Below, one piece after another: positions 46,812-56,556 of a DNA stretch of 64,000 nt. A program made the position numbers and the translations under genes. Within the stretch, counting starts at the first letter, position 1; every line of letters starts with the position of its first letter. Location of the stretch: the sequence record PQ330092.1. The stretch is one strand, 5' to 3'. The notes below the pieces were generated by a model. The model ran no database searches. It was given only the letters and a program-made list of their open reading frames with translations, and had not been told where the DNA came from.

Positions 46812-48251
46812 ATGAAAAAATATACAATTGACACAAACGTACTACTATCTGACCCTAATGCATCTATTGCTTTTGATGGTGCTGCAATCATTCTACCATT
46901 TACAGTACTGGAAGAATTGGATTCAATTAAGAGTCGTAATGTAGATGTTTCACGCGATGCTCGTGTTGCTATTCGTAACATTGAAGCAATTATTGCAGAT
47001 GCATCACATGATGAGATTAGTAGTACTGGTGTTAATATTGCTGATGTTCATACCAATATGAATCCTGATAGCAAATTGTTTGTTATTACAAACGAAGAAG
47101 CTGAAGCACTAATTCGTACTAAAGGTTCAGAAGAGAAAGTTCAAACCCTTCTCAAAAGCACAGTACCTGATGATAAAATCATTCTGGTAGCTTTAGCAAC
47201 AGAATCAGTACTGGTAACTCGTGATATCAACATGCGTATCAAAGCACTAAGTTATGGTGTCGAGGTACAAGATTATCGCCATGATATTGTTATTGGTGAT
47301 AGTGATTTGATTCACATTGGTCAACACCATTTGGAAATTAATTTTTGGGAAGTATATAGCAACTTAACCAATACTAATATTCAATCCGAACAAGTTGGTC
47401 GTCGTTTGTATCATTACATTTCTAAAAGCTTGATTGAACATTTGCTTCCACAAAATCTATGCATCGGTGATTATCTATATGATGATGCAGACGTATTATT
47501 TGTGTACGAAGGTCAATCAGCAATTGAGGAAGATGATGGAACACTAACACCAGAAGATATTTTGGTATTCCAAGATATTGGACAATCAGTAGCTTTACGT
47601 GCTAAAGTATGGGATATTAAAGCAAAGAATATCCAACAAGCACTCGCCATCAACAGTATTCTCGATCCTGATGTACATCTAACAGTACTGCTAGGTTCTG
47701 CTGGTACTGGTAAAACACTAATTACGATTGCTACTGCATTAGAATTAGTACTGGAAAAACGTAAATACGACCGAATCATCTTCTCTAAAACTCAAGACTC
47801 ACAGTTTGAAGATATTGGTTTCTTGCCAGGTTCAGAAGCAGAAAAAGTGATTCCATTCTGTGGAGCCGCAATTGACGCGTTAGAGTTTCTTCATAAAGAT
47901 GATGCTAACCCACAAGGTAGTATTGAAGAGATTATGAAACGTAATGTTATTCAATTTAAAGCACTAAACTTTGTACGTGGACGTTCATTCACCAACACTA
48001 TTCTAGTAGTTGATGAATTCCAAAACATTACACCTGCACAAGCCAAAACAATCTTGACACGAGCAGGATTAAACTGTAAAGTAGTAATTATGGGTAACTT
48101 GAGTCAGATTGACAGTAAGTTTATTAGTCCTGTTAACAGTGGTTTGACATATGTAACTGAGAAGTTCAAAGATTGGGCAGGTTGTCGTGTCATCGAACTT
48201 GAAGGTGTTGTTCGCTCACCACTAGCTGAATTTGCTGAAGAAAATATGTAA
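46812..48251 (+). CDS. phoH: PIN-domain PhoH family protein (PhoH2-like)
   Basis: IDTNVLL, VLEELD, DDKI, TRDINMR PIN motifs; GSAGTGKT P-loop, GFLPG, RGRSF, DEFQN, GNLSQID. Confidence 0.9.
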   Translation: MKKYTIDTNVLLSDPNASIAFDGAAIILPFTVLEELDSIKSRNVDVSRDARVAIRNIEAIIADASHDEISSTGVNIADVHTNMNPDSKLFVITNEEAEALIRTKGSEEKVQTLLKSTVPDDKIILVALATESVLVTRDINMRIKALSYGVEVQDYRHDIVIGDSDLIHIGQHHLEINFWEVYSNLTNTNIQSEQVGRRLYHYISKSLIEHLLPQNLCIGDYLYDDADVLFVYEGQSAIEEDDGTLTPEDILVFQDIGQSVALRAKVWDIKAKNIQQALAINSILDPDVHLTVLLGSAGTGKTLITIATALELVLEKRKYDRIIFSKTQDSQFEDIGFLPGSEAEKVIPFCGAAIDALEFLHKDDANPQGSIEEIMKRNVIQFKALNFVRGRSFTNTILVVDEFQNITPAQAKTILTRAGLNCKVVIMGNLSQIDSKFISPVNSGLTYVTEKFKDWAGCRVIELEGVVRSPLAEFAEENM

Positions 48252-48255
48252 TATT

Positions 48256-48288
48256 GTATGGGACATATCGTCCCATACATGATATAAT
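48256..48288 (+). promoter_or_regulatory. hairpin plus extended -10 promoter
   Basis: GTATGGGAC / GTCCCATAC stem, then TGaTATAAT 48280-48288. Confidence 0.6.
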
Positions 48289-48319
48289 GTTGTTATCATA
48301 ATACAGAAGGAGATATAAA

Positions 48320-48508
48320 ATGGCTAAACAACCTAAGAAAAAAGAACCAGTAGCAAAAGTTAAGAAAGAGAAAGTTATTCAATCTAAAGAACAACGTATG
48401 TACGAACAACGTAAGAGTGAAACCCTATCCGGTCTACAAGCTCTACGCAAGCAAGGTGTACTAACTCGTGCACAGTACCGTGAACTAGTAGCTCAGAAAG
48501 GTTTTTGA
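48320..48508 (+). CDS. small basic protein
   Basis: AAGGAG RBS; Lys-rich. Confidence 0.75.
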   Translation: MAKQPKKKEPVAKVKKEKVIQSKEQRMYEQRKSETLSGLQALRKQGVLTRAQYRELVAQKGF

Positions 48509-48612
48509 TTCATTTGAAGACATATTGTGGAGTTCTTAATAAATACTTTTATAAGAATAATAATACTTTTTATTAAATTAAAAAGAACTCCATGTGTTAT
48601 TTCAGTTTTTCG

Positions 48613-48638
48613 TCCCTGTCTTTTGGCAGGGATTTTTT
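48613..48638 (+). terminator. intrinsic terminator
   Basis: TCCCTGTC-tttt-GGCAGGGA plus T tract. Confidence 0.75.
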
Positions 48639-48734
48639 ATATCTATATCTTGACAAAAGGAACAAATCATGAGAACATGTATTAAAGGAAGAATGACTTT
48701 CCATTAGGTTATTTTAACTTAAAGGAGATTTCAT

Positions 48735-49292
48735 ATGTTTTTTGACCAAACATTTACGTTGTATCACGATTCTGGTAAAGTTGAGATTATTGATAATCTG
48801 TTAGAGTACATTGCGGAACATGACGGTATAGACCGTTTCCACAGTAAGATGAAATTCGATTTAGCTGAATTCAACAAAAAGAATCGTGAAACATTTTGGA
48901 AGAACCGTTTCTATTACGAAATGTATCCAGAAAAGTTCGTAGGTTATTATCTTTGTACTGAAAAAGGATTACTTGTATCTCCTGATTTACTTATGGGTGA
49001 ATACATGATACTCTATAATGAGTACTGGGAACATAAACGTAAAGCTCGTGATACGGAATGGCGACATAAGCGTTCGTATATGTACAAACATAACCACTCC
49101 CGATACAAGCGTCCTAAGACTCAACAAGAGCGTCGTATGGCTTGTGCAGTGCTGAAGGATGAGGGGGAACCTGAAATACGTGGAAGACGTAAGATGCGTT
49201 CATTGCCATCGTATTGGGACGATATCAGAACAAGACACAGTACTGGCTGGAAATACAGTACTAAACGTAAACATCAATACAAAGGGAGCTAA
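48735..49292 (+). CDS. basic hypothetical protein
   Basis: AAGGAG RBS; RPKTQQERR..LPSYWDD..WK..KRKHQY. Confidence 0.8.
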   Translation: MFFDQTFTLYHDSGKVEIIDNLLEYIAEHDGIDRFHSKMKFDLAEFNKKNRETFWKNRFYYEMYPEKFVGYYLCTEKGLLVSPDLLMGEYMILYNEYWEHKRKARDTEWRHKRSYMYKHNHSRYKRPKTQQERRMACAVLKDEGEPEIRGRRKMRSLPSYWDDIRTRHSTGWKYSTKRKHQYKGS

Positions 49293-49310
49293 TGCTCCCT
49301 AATTTTATAG

Positions 49311-49649
49311 GTGAACTTTATGAACAAAATTGACGTTACTGTAGTGATTGGTTATATTGAAATTGAACCGTGTAGCATTGATACCTTTATTGACACTCTT
49401 AATAAGTATCGTGCTGAATATAACGGTCACATTAGTCTTTCACCAGACGGTGGTTACGGCGGTTTTCATGGATACAATGTAATTTGGACCAGAGAAGAAA
49501 CTGACGAAGAATATAATACACGAATTGAAGCTGAATCTAAAAGATGTGAAGAAATTGAACGTCAAGAAATGAAACACTTAATGAACAAGAAATCATTAAG
49601 TACCGAAGAGAAATCTAAACTGCTAAAATACATCAAGGATTACATGTAA
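49311..49649 (+). CDS. hypothetical protein
   Basis: Packed ORF; REETDEEYNTRI. Confidence 0.65.
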   Translation: MNFMNKIDVTVVIGYIEIEPCSIDTFIDTLNKYRAEYNGHISLSPDGGYGGFHGYNVIWTREETDEEYNTRIEAESKRCEEIERQEMKHLMNKKSLSTEEKSKLLKYIKDYM

Positions 49650-50299
49650 TGAAAAATGTAACTCAAGAAAAGATTCTGTACCTTGCAAAGTACAATGGTG
49701 GTTTCAATATCATTAGCCGTGAGTACAGTGGTAATTTGGCTAAGTTGATTGACAGTTTGTTAGAATTTGATTTCATTAAATGGGAAACTAATGAACTTTG
49801 GTACGAATATGCTGGTCAGAAATGGGAAAGTGATTATGATAATGCAATACATTCATACACTATCACCAAAGCAGGTGAAGTTCGATTAGCCATTATGCGT
49901 TGTGCATATACTTACAAAAATCATAAAGGTGAAGAAAAACATATTCGCAGAAATGAAGAGCTATTACTTCTCATGGAAGCAGCAAAAGTTACAATGCATG
50001 ATTTGTTCCACCACCCACGTTGGTATGAAAATCTAACAAAAGCAGAGTACAAAGCTTTACGTTACATTGATGAACAAAACAACAACCCAGTTGAAGTTGA
50101 TGATGTTAGTGATGACGAACTAAGCCTCAAAAATGTATTTGAAAGTACCAGTACTGAAAGTATTACAGACATTTCTGTACAGATGGCACTAAAAGCAATG
50201 GAACTTTTCAAGACACAATATGAAGGACACAGTGCTGAAGAAGTAGAGCGTGAGTTCATTACACGCGTACAGATTGCATTGTTCCAATCGAAAAAGTAG
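49649..50299 (+). CDS. hypothetical protein
   Basis: TAATG overlap; 216 aa. Confidence 0.75.
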   Translation: MKNVTQEKILYLAKYNGGFNIISREYSGNLAKLIDSLLEFDFIKWETNELWYEYAGQKWESDYDNAIHSYTITKAGEVRLAIMRCAYTYKNHKGEEKHIRRNEELLLLMEAAKVTMHDLFHHPRWYENLTKAEYKALRYIDEQNNNPVEVDDVSDDELSLKNVFESTSTESITDISVQMALKAMELFKTQYEGHSAEEVEREFITRVQIALFQSKK

Positions 50300-50305
50300 G
50301 ATGAT

Positions 50306-50485
50306 ATGAAATTTTTACTTGTACTAATCGCAGTTCTTATGGTATTATCTTGTTCAGTTAGTAATGGTTCATACATTTACGTATCAGTATTTGAAGAAGC
50401 TCCCGACAACTGTGTATTAACTCACACTGGAATTGTGTTAGTTAATGGTAAACCATCAATCGAGTACTTATGTATAGGTGATTAA
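50306..50485 (+). CDS. small exported or lipoprotein-like protein (59 aa, not in ORF track)
   Basis: AGGA RBS; MK plus hydrophobic stretch, LSC. Confidence 0.55.
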   Translation: MKFLLVLIAVLMVLSCSVSNGSYIYVSVFEEAPDNCVLTHTGIVLVNGKPSIEYLCIGD

Positions 50486-50488
50486 ATT

Positions 50489-50719
50489 ATGAAATTATTA
50501 TATATTTTTATTATTTCTTCTATTGTATTTCTGAGTGGATGTGCTCCTAAAGTTGATGAGATGGATGCTGAAATCATCCGTCAAGGTTTAACAAAACTAA
50601 ATCACCAAGGAACACTATACGCATGTCATACTATGCGTCATGGGCAAGATCTTAATCTCATGTGCAGGAAGATTGTGAATCGCAAACGTCTTAATACTGT
50701 TCCGAAGGATGCACAATGA
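50489..50719 (+). CDS. putative lipoprotein
   Basis: Lipobox LSGC after hydrophobic signal. Confidence 0.7.
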   Translation: MKLLYIFIISSIVFLSGCAPKVDEMDAEIIRQGLTKLNHQGTLYACHTMRHGQDLNLMCRKIVNRKRLNTVPKDAQ

Positions 50720-50886
50720 AAGAAGTAATTGACTACAAATGTAAAAATTGTGGCAAAGATAAGGGTAAGCATTCAGTACAAGGGATGGCTTGCCCGAATC
50801 CAGGTCGTGGTAATTTCAGAGGGTTCAGTACTGAAAAGTCTTACGAACCGGATCATACCAAACCTGTAATGGGTTATAAATTATGA
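50716..50886 (+). CDS. small Cys-containing protein (56 aa, not in ORF track)
   Basis: ATGA overlaps at both ends; CKNC..H..CP. Confidence 0.6.
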   Translation: MKEVIDYKCKNCGKDKGKHSVQGMACPNPGRGNFRGFSTEKSYEPDHTKPVMGYKL

Positions 50887-51242
50887 GTGATTATGTAGCA
50901 TTTCTTCATCGCTTTGGAGAAGCTAAAGAAAAACATATTATCCGTATGCCATTATATGGTGAAAAAGACTGGTACAAAAGTACTATCAGTGTAGGTGCAT
51001 TTCGTGACCGTGAAGCTGGATTCTTTCTGGGTAAGAAACATGAACGAGAGGTACTTTGCTCACTGTGGCGTTTGGATGAATGGGATAGTGAGAACGTAAG
51101 AACTGCTGAATCAATGCTGGCTATTGTTGGTATTGCGAACTACCAGCATCCATATGACCTATTACCTACATTTGAACATGCTTCTTTGTTTGACTTTTAC
51201 AAAGCAGTAGGGTATGATTATAAAAAGAAACGTTACATTTAA
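50883..51242 (+). CDS. hypothetical protein
   Basis: Packed ORF. Confidence 0.75.
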   Translation: MSDYVAFLHRFGEAKEKHIIRMPLYGEKDWYKSTISVGAFRDREAGFFLGKKHEREVLCSLWRLDEWDSENVRTAESMLAIVGIANYQHPYDLLPTFEHASLFDFYKAVGYDYKKKRYI

Positions 51243-51275
51243 TATCAGTACTGTCATAATGGCAGTACTTTTTAA

Positions 51276-51902
51276 TTGGAGATTACTATGACTACATCGG
51301 AAAAGTACTGGTGGATTTTGGCTCATCCTAAATTCATAAACAAAGATATGGTTCCAGCTAGGATTGATATAGAACCTCATGATGTGTGTCCAATGACAAA
51401 TCGAATTGAAGATTTCAAAGCATTGAATACAAAGACTCAATTTTGGGTAGAATTTCTTTCACCAATGTATATTGAGCAAGACGACGAATGGGTACAAGCA
51501 CATGATTATCAATTGGATTGTGGTGGTGATACGTATGAAGAGGCGATTGAAAAATTATACAAAAATGTGCTAAACACATATGGTAATTACACCCAACAAG
51601 AAGCAGATAACACATTTAATAAGATCCATGCATTCAAATCTACTCCATCAATTTTTAATCCCACTAAAACTGTTTGGGAGGAACGACACAGTTGGAGTTC
51701 ATGTGTAATCGATGAAGAAACCAAAGAAAAAATCATCGATGATATAAAAAATTTAAAAAATACGATAGAAGCCTTGCGTGAATTCATAATGTCTTGTACA
51801 ATAGAACAACAGAAAGAGGCAAAGATACATTTGGAGAGTGAAGAATGTAAACTTTGGGTTCTAGAGAAATCTATTGAAAAGGGTATAGACTTAGACTTAT
51901 GA
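51276..51902 (+). CDS. hypothetical protein
   Basis: Packed ORF; start likely at MTTSEK. Confidence 0.75.
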   Translation: MEITMTTSEKYWWILAHPKFINKDMVPARIDIEPHDVCPMTNRIEDFKALNTKTQFWVEFLSPMYIEQDDEWVQAHDYQLDCGGDTYEEAIEKLYKNVLNTYGNYTQQEADNTFNKIHAFKSTPSIFNPTKTVWEERHSWSSCVIDEETKEKIIDDIKNLKNTIEALREFIMSCTIEQQKEAKIHLESEECKLWVLEKSIEKGIDLDL

Positions 51903-52267
51903 ATAGTAAATTGGAGAAACTAATCGAAGAATTACGCCAGATGCCACCTATTGAACAAGTAGGAAATTACAAACGGTATCGTGTTATTGCTCGTGCACTT
52001 GATAAAAAAGGTAGAGTACTGGCAACTCGCACAAATTCTTATACACAGACTCACCCAGTACAGAAGGGTTTCGCCATTCGTGCTGGGCGACCGCAAGGTG
52101 AGTTTCTTCATGCTGAAATTTCATGTTTACTGGCTGCTCGTACTGATGTTCATACTTTACTGATTGCACGGATAAGTAAAGATGGAATTCCTGTTCCGGC
52201 TAAACCATGTGAAATTTGCTCATTAGCAATAAAAGAATATGGGGTGAAAGAGATTATCCACACATGA
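51899..52267 (+). CDS. cytidine/deoxycytidylate deaminase-like zinc protein
   Basis: HAE and PCEIC zinc motifs. Confidence 0.75.
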   Translation: MNSKLEKLIEELRQMPPIEQVGNYKRYRVIARALDKKGRVLATRTNSYTQTHPVQKGFAIRAGRPQGEFLHAEISCLLAARTDVHTLLIARISKDGIPVPAKPCEICSLAIKEYGVKEIIHT

Positions 52268-52485
52268 AAATTGAAAGATATGCTAAGCATACTGTTGGGT
52301 GTGTAAATGATATATTCTATTATTATATTTTTGCACCTGAACTACGTTTTCAAATCACAACATACAATGATGGCAGATTTAAAGATACAAACTTCCTCAT
52401 AACCGACTTAGCAAAGTATGCGAATACAGAACATTTTAATCATTTAGTATTTGTGTACTGTATACCAAACCCAAATAAAAAGTAG
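52264..52485 (+). CDS. hypothetical protein
   Basis: ATGA overlap. Confidence 0.6.
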   Translation: MKIERYAKHTVGCVNDIFYYYIFAPELRFQITTYNDGRFKDTNFLITDLAKYANTEHFNHLVFVYCIPNPNKK

Positions 52486-52495
52486 GAGATTAAAA

Positions 52496-52855
52496 ATGGC
52501 TAAAACAATTTCTTTAAAAAATGAAAATGTAGGACAACGCAAAGATGGTTTCTTTGGTTTTTCTTGGACAACATTATTCTTTGGACCGTTCCCTGCATTG
52601 TTTCGTGGTGACTTTATTACGTTCATCGGTGCATTTGTAATTTACTTCATCCTCAACGCAGTGTCATTTTGGATTGTGGGTACAATTGCAATGGTTGTAT
52701 GGGCATTTCTTTATAATAAGTACTACACCGTGAATCTCATCAAGAATGGGTATAAATTCAATGGCACACATGAAGAAAATGCTGAAGCTGCAATGGCTTT
52801 GCAAATTGATTTGAATAAAAACAACACAGTTGATAAAAATAAAGATCCTGAATAA
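52496..52855 (+). CDS. membrane protein (HrgC/DUF2628-like)
   Basis: AGGAG RBS; GFFGFSWTTLFFG.FPALFRGD, YNKYY..LIKNGY. Confidence 0.65.
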   Translation: MAKTISLKNENVGQRKDGFFGFSWTTLFFGPFPALFRGDFITFIGAFVIYFILNAVSFWIVGTIAMVVWAFLYNKYYTVNLIKNGYKFNGTHEENAEAAMALQIDLNKNNTVDKNKDPE

Positions 52856-53074
52856 ATGGAAAAATACGATATAATTTACGATTATTATGGTAAGGCTTAT
52901 ATGAAGTGTGGGCGTTATGTTGAACTCTCTAATAGAGAATCAATAGATCCCCACACTCTTATAACAATTCATAATTCGTACTATAAAAAAGTTACAATAG
53001 CTAATTTTGCAACATACGTAAATAATCCTTTATTTCCTTACATTATTCAGTACTACTGTAGAGTTATCAAATAA
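52856..53074 (+). CDS. hypothetical protein
   Basis: Abuts previous gene. Confidence 0.6.
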   Translation: MEKYDIIYDYYGKAYMKCGRYVELSNRESIDPHTLITIHNSYYKKVTIANFATYVNNPLFPYIIQYYCRVIK

Positions 53075-53085
53075 GGTAAAAAGAA

Positions 53086-53496
53086 ATGTTAGCTGATGAA
53101 TTTATGTCACTAAGTATCAAGATATTTGATATACTAGGTGATGAAACAGATTTCAATCTAAGCGACAAAGATATTCCATTGGAAGATGGTGGATACTTTT
53201 TTGCGATTGGAACTACGTATAATCTGGATCTTTCAAAGCCTATCAGTGATGATAGTGATTATAATGCAACAACATATTTTGATTTCCAGCTTGATGGACA
53301 TAAAGAGCGTTTACTAACGTACAGACGTAAAGGTAGTTTCAATAGAACCGAGATTACAATAATGGATTTTGAAAAACGCATTGAACTAGCTAAGAAACAT
53401 CCATTCATCAGTACTCATACATTTAATAGACTAATCGATCTATTAGATAATTATCCATATACAATCCGAGGGTCGTTACGTTTAAATGCAGAATGA
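53086..53496 (+). CDS. hypothetical protein
   Basis: AAGG RBS. Confidence 0.7.
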   Translation: MLADEFMSLSIKIFDILGDETDFNLSDKDIPLEDGGYFFAIGTTYNLDLSKPISDDSDYNATTYFDFQLDGHKERLLTYRRKGSFNRTEITIMDFEKRIELAKKHPFISTHTFNRLIDLLDNYPYTIRGSLRLNAE

Positions 53497-53671
53497 AATC
53501 TTCAAAAAAGAATACGATGGTGAAAGTCTCTATGATATTCAAAGAGACGTACATGAAGCATTCGATTCAAGATTTAACCCATTAGCTGAACAAATCCCAC
53601 AAGATGAGTTTGGTTTTCAGGAAGGCACTTTCACAGTGACTATTACATGGAGTCCAGATGAGACTAGCTAA
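53486..53671 (+). CDS. small hypothetical protein
   Basis: Packed ORF. Confidence 0.7.
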   Translation: MQNEIFKKEYDGESLYDIQRDVHEAFDSRFNPLAEQIPQDEFGFQEGTFTVTITWSPDETS

Positions 53672-53774
53672 ACTTGTAATAGGTTGTAGTGCACTTGCTG
53701 CATATATGCTTTTTTCCGCACCAACCAATGTATTACTGTTAATTTGGGCAGTTGTTATATTAGCAGTACTTTAA
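53658..53774 (+). CDS. small membrane peptide (38 aa, not in ORF track)
   Basis: GGAG RBS; hydrophobic; ends at terminator. Confidence 0.5.
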   Translation: MRLAKLVIGCSALAAYMLFSAPTNVLLLIWAVVILAVL

Positions 53775-53795
53775 AGCACCCTAGTGGTGCTTTTT
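53773..53795 (+). terminator. intrinsic terminator
   Basis: AAAGCACC-ctagt-GGTGCTTTTT. Confidence 0.8.
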
Positions 53796-53933
53796 CTATT
53801 TGTGCAAATAAAAACCAATGTGACTTTTCCTTGATATAGGTCAAGAGAAATAACCTGTTCTGACGCTATAATGTTGTCTGGTGATATTAAATATCTTCAC
53901 CCCCAGATGATTTCAAAATACAAGGAATGTACA

Positions 53934-55739
53934 ATGCAATTAGATAAATTATATACTGACGTAACGAATTTCCTCAATCAGAGCAATACTGATCTTACCA
54001 ACGAAAATGCGAACAAAGATGCGAAATGCGTCAATACACACAGGGATTTACTTGCAGGTATCCTATCTAAGCATTATTCACAAGATGTTATTCCAAATGA
54101 GCTAATGCAGTGGCATAATGATGGTTATGGTCATATTCATGATTTAGACTACTATATCAGCCCATTAACCAACTGTTGCTTAGTTAACTACCCAGATATG
54201 CTAAAAAATGGATTTACCATTGGTTGTGCCAAAATTGAAGAACCAAAGAGTTTTAGTGTAGCATGTACAGTACTGACACAAATTGTTCAGGCTGTTGCTA
54301 GTTCCCAGTATGGTGGACAATCGTTGGCTCATATTGACGTTGGTCTTGAACCTTACGTTCAAAAGTCATGGGATAAGCTGTTAGAAAAACAAAAGAAATA
54401 TAATCTAAGTGATGAATTCATTGAAGAAGAACTACGAAAAGAAGTATACGATGGCTGTCAAACATTACTTTACCAAACTAATTCAATGATTAGTACTAAT
54501 GGTCAAGCTGCATTTATTTCTCTTAGTTTAGGTCTTAATACTTCTAAATTTGGTAAATTAATTACTGAACAGTACTTAAAAGTTCATGAGAATGGTTTAG
54601 GTAAAGATAAGATTACTCCAGTGTTTCCTAAAGTTATTTTCTTTCTACAAGATGGTATAAACATGAATGCAAATGATAGCAATTATGACCTCAAACAGTT
54701 AGCTATGCGTTGTGCATCAAAAAGAATCTATCCAGATTTTGTTTCAGTACCATTAAATCACAAAGTGACTGGAAGTAGTAGTACTGCTGTAACACCGATG
54801 GGCTGTCGTTCATTCTTAGGAAAATGGGAAGATTCAAATGGAAATGAACAATACAACGGTCGTTTCAATTTAGGCGTAGTTTCTATCAATTTACCTCTAA
54901 TTGCTCTTGAGAGTGCTTCTGATGGAGAGTTTTTTGATAAGATAGACGAGCACATGAATATTGCATATCGTGCTCAGATGAACCGTGTGGAGCGTTTAAA
55001 AGGCACTAAAGCGAAGCAGAATCCAATTTTGTTCATGGAAGGTGCATTAGCACGTTTAGGTGCAGAAGAAACCATTGACAAGCTATTTTACAATGGTTAT
55101 GCTAGTATTAGTATTGGTTATGTTGGTCTTGTTGAATGTTCAGAAATCCTCACTGGTTCTATCAGTAAGGAGTTTTGTATGTCAGTACTGAATTATATGA
55201 AAGTAAAATGTGATGAGTTCAAAAAAGAAAGTAATATTGCTTTTAGTCTATATGGAACTCCAGCAGAGTCGCTTTGTTATAAATTTGCACGTTGCATTGA
55301 AGCAAAATATCCTTCAGTACTAAAACGTGATTACATCACAAATTCCTTCCATCAACCAGTATGGGTAGAAAGTTCTCCATTTGATAAATGGAGTTATGAA
55401 GAAGGGTTTGCTTACCTAAGTAACGGTGGAAACATCAGTTATGTTGAATCTCCAAACTTAGCAAACAACATTCAAGCACTTGAAACATTAGTTAACTATG
55501 CGTACACTAAGATACCATATTTTGGTATTAACCAACCAGTTGACCATTGTTATGAATGTGGCTTCCAGGGTGAGTTCAGTGTAGATAAACATGGTTTCCA
55601 CTGTCCTGTATGTGATAATCGTAATGAGAAGACAATCTCAGTGATTCGTCGTGTTTCTGGGTACTTGGGTAATCCTTCTTCGCGTGGCTTCAATAAAGGC
55701 AAGCAACAAGAGTGTTGTGAGCGTATTCAGCACAAATAA
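53934..55739 (+). CDS. nrdD: anaerobic ribonucleoside-triphosphate reductase (class III)
   Basis: NENANKD start, HIHDLDY, NCCL, MGCRSFL, GRFNLGVVSINL, CYEC..CPVC, RRVSGYL glycyl-radical loop. Confidence 0.95.
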   Translation: MQLDKLYTDVTNFLNQSNTDLTNENANKDAKCVNTHRDLLAGILSKHYSQDVIPNELMQWHNDGYGHIHDLDYYISPLTNCCLVNYPDMLKNGFTIGCAKIEEPKSFSVACTVLTQIVQAVASSQYGGQSLAHIDVGLEPYVQKSWDKLLEKQKKYNLSDEFIEEELRKEVYDGCQTLLYQTNSMISTNGQAAFISLSLGLNTSKFGKLITEQYLKVHENGLGKDKITPVFPKVIFFLQDGINMNANDSNYDLKQLAMRCASKRIYPDFVSVPLNHKVTGSSSTAVTPMGCRSFLGKWEDSNGNEQYNGRFNLGVVSINLPLIALESASDGEFFDKIDEHMNIAYRAQMNRVERLKGTKAKQNPILFMEGALARLGAEETIDKLFYNGYASISIGYVGLVECSEILTGSISKEFCMSVLNYMKVKCDEFKKESNIAFSLYGTPAESLCYKFARCIEAKYPSVLKRDYITNSFHQPVWVESSPFDKWSYEEGFAYLSNGGNISYVESPNLANNIQALETLVNYAYTKIPYFGINQPVDHCYECGFQGEFSVDKHGFHCPVCDNRNEKTISVIRRVSGYLGNPSSRGFNKGKQQECCERIQHK

Positions 55740-55747
55740 GGTAAATT

Positions 55748-56080
55748 ATGGATTTAAAGCCAATTGTGGTTAACAAATACAAAGAACCGTATGATGTGTA
55801 TATTGGACGTGGGTCTAAATGGGGAAACCCATTTACCCATATTAAAGATAAACAAACCAAAGCCGAGTTCATTGTTAGTACAAGAGAAGAATCAATTGAA
55901 AAATTCAGAGAATACATTATTGAACGTATTTCTTGTGGAGAAGTTAAGATTGATGAATTACTTGAACTCGCAGGGAAACGCCTTGGTTGTTTCTGTAAAC
56001 CAAAATCATGTCACGGCGATGTTCTTGTCGAAATAGTGAGTGCAATATTAGATGAATTACCAGACGATAATCAAGGATGA
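55748..56080 (+). CDS. DUF4326-like protein
   Basis: YDVYIGRGSKWGNPF, LGCFCKPKSCHGDVL. Confidence 0.75.
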   Translation: MDLKPIVVNKYKEPYDVYIGRGSKWGNPFTHIKDKQTKAEFIVSTREESIEKFREYIIERISCGEVKIDELLELAGKRLGCFCKPKSCHGDVLVEIVSAILDELPDDNQG

Positions 56081-56522
56081 TTTAGTAAATGGAGAGGGCG
56101 TTCGCTGCTCTTTATTTGTTAGTGGGTGTTCGCACGGATGTGATGGTTGCTTCAATGAAGAAGCATGGGATTACAGAAGTGGTCAATTGTTCAGTACTGA
56201 AACAGTTGTGATTATACTAAAGGAACTAAAAAAACCATATGTTAGTGGTTTGTCACTTCTAGGCGGCGATCCATTAATGAAAAAGAATATAGATGAAGTT
56301 TTAAATCTATGTAAAGTAGTTAAAGAAACTTATCCTAGTAAAACTATTTGGTGCTGGAGTGGGTATACTTTAGATGAGATTATGAAAAATCATGCTAAAG
56401 ATATACTTCAGTACTTAGATGTATTAGTTGATGGTAAGTTTATTGAGTCCGAAAAGAATTTAAAATTACCTTTCCGTGGTTCAAATAATCAAAGAATACT
56501 ATATAAAAATAAAGATTTTTAG
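56052..56522 (+). CDS. nrdG: anaerobic RNR activating protein
   Basis: D.VNGEGVRCSLFVSGC.H.C.GCFN radical-SAM motif, LGGDP, FRGSNNQR. Confidence 0.95.
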   Translation: MNYQTIIKDDLVNGEGVRCSLFVSGCSHGCDGCFNEEAWDYRSGQLFSTETVVIILKELKKPYVSGLSLLGGDPLMKKNIDEVLNLCKVVKETYPSKTIWCWSGYTLDEIMKNHAKDILQYLDVLVDGKFIESEKNLKLPFRGSNNQRILYKNKDF

Positions 56523-56525
56523 CAT

Positions 56526-56548
56526 AAGCACCCGTTGGGTGCTTTTTT
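56526..56548 (+). terminator. intrinsic terminator
   Basis: AAGCACCC-gtt-GGGTGCTT plus T tract. Confidence 0.8.
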
Positions 56549-56556
56549 ATTATGTA

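Noticed and set aside
50306-50719. Two small lipoprotein-like genes as a spanin pair
   Set aside because: No embedded or overlapping i-spanin/o-spanin arrangement, no coiled-coil i-spanin and no nearby lysis genes.
53825-53850. Imperfect inverted repeat TTTCCTTGA..TCAAGAGAAA upstream of nrdD as an NrdR box
   Set aside because: Does not match the NrdR consensus as I recall it; function unsupported.
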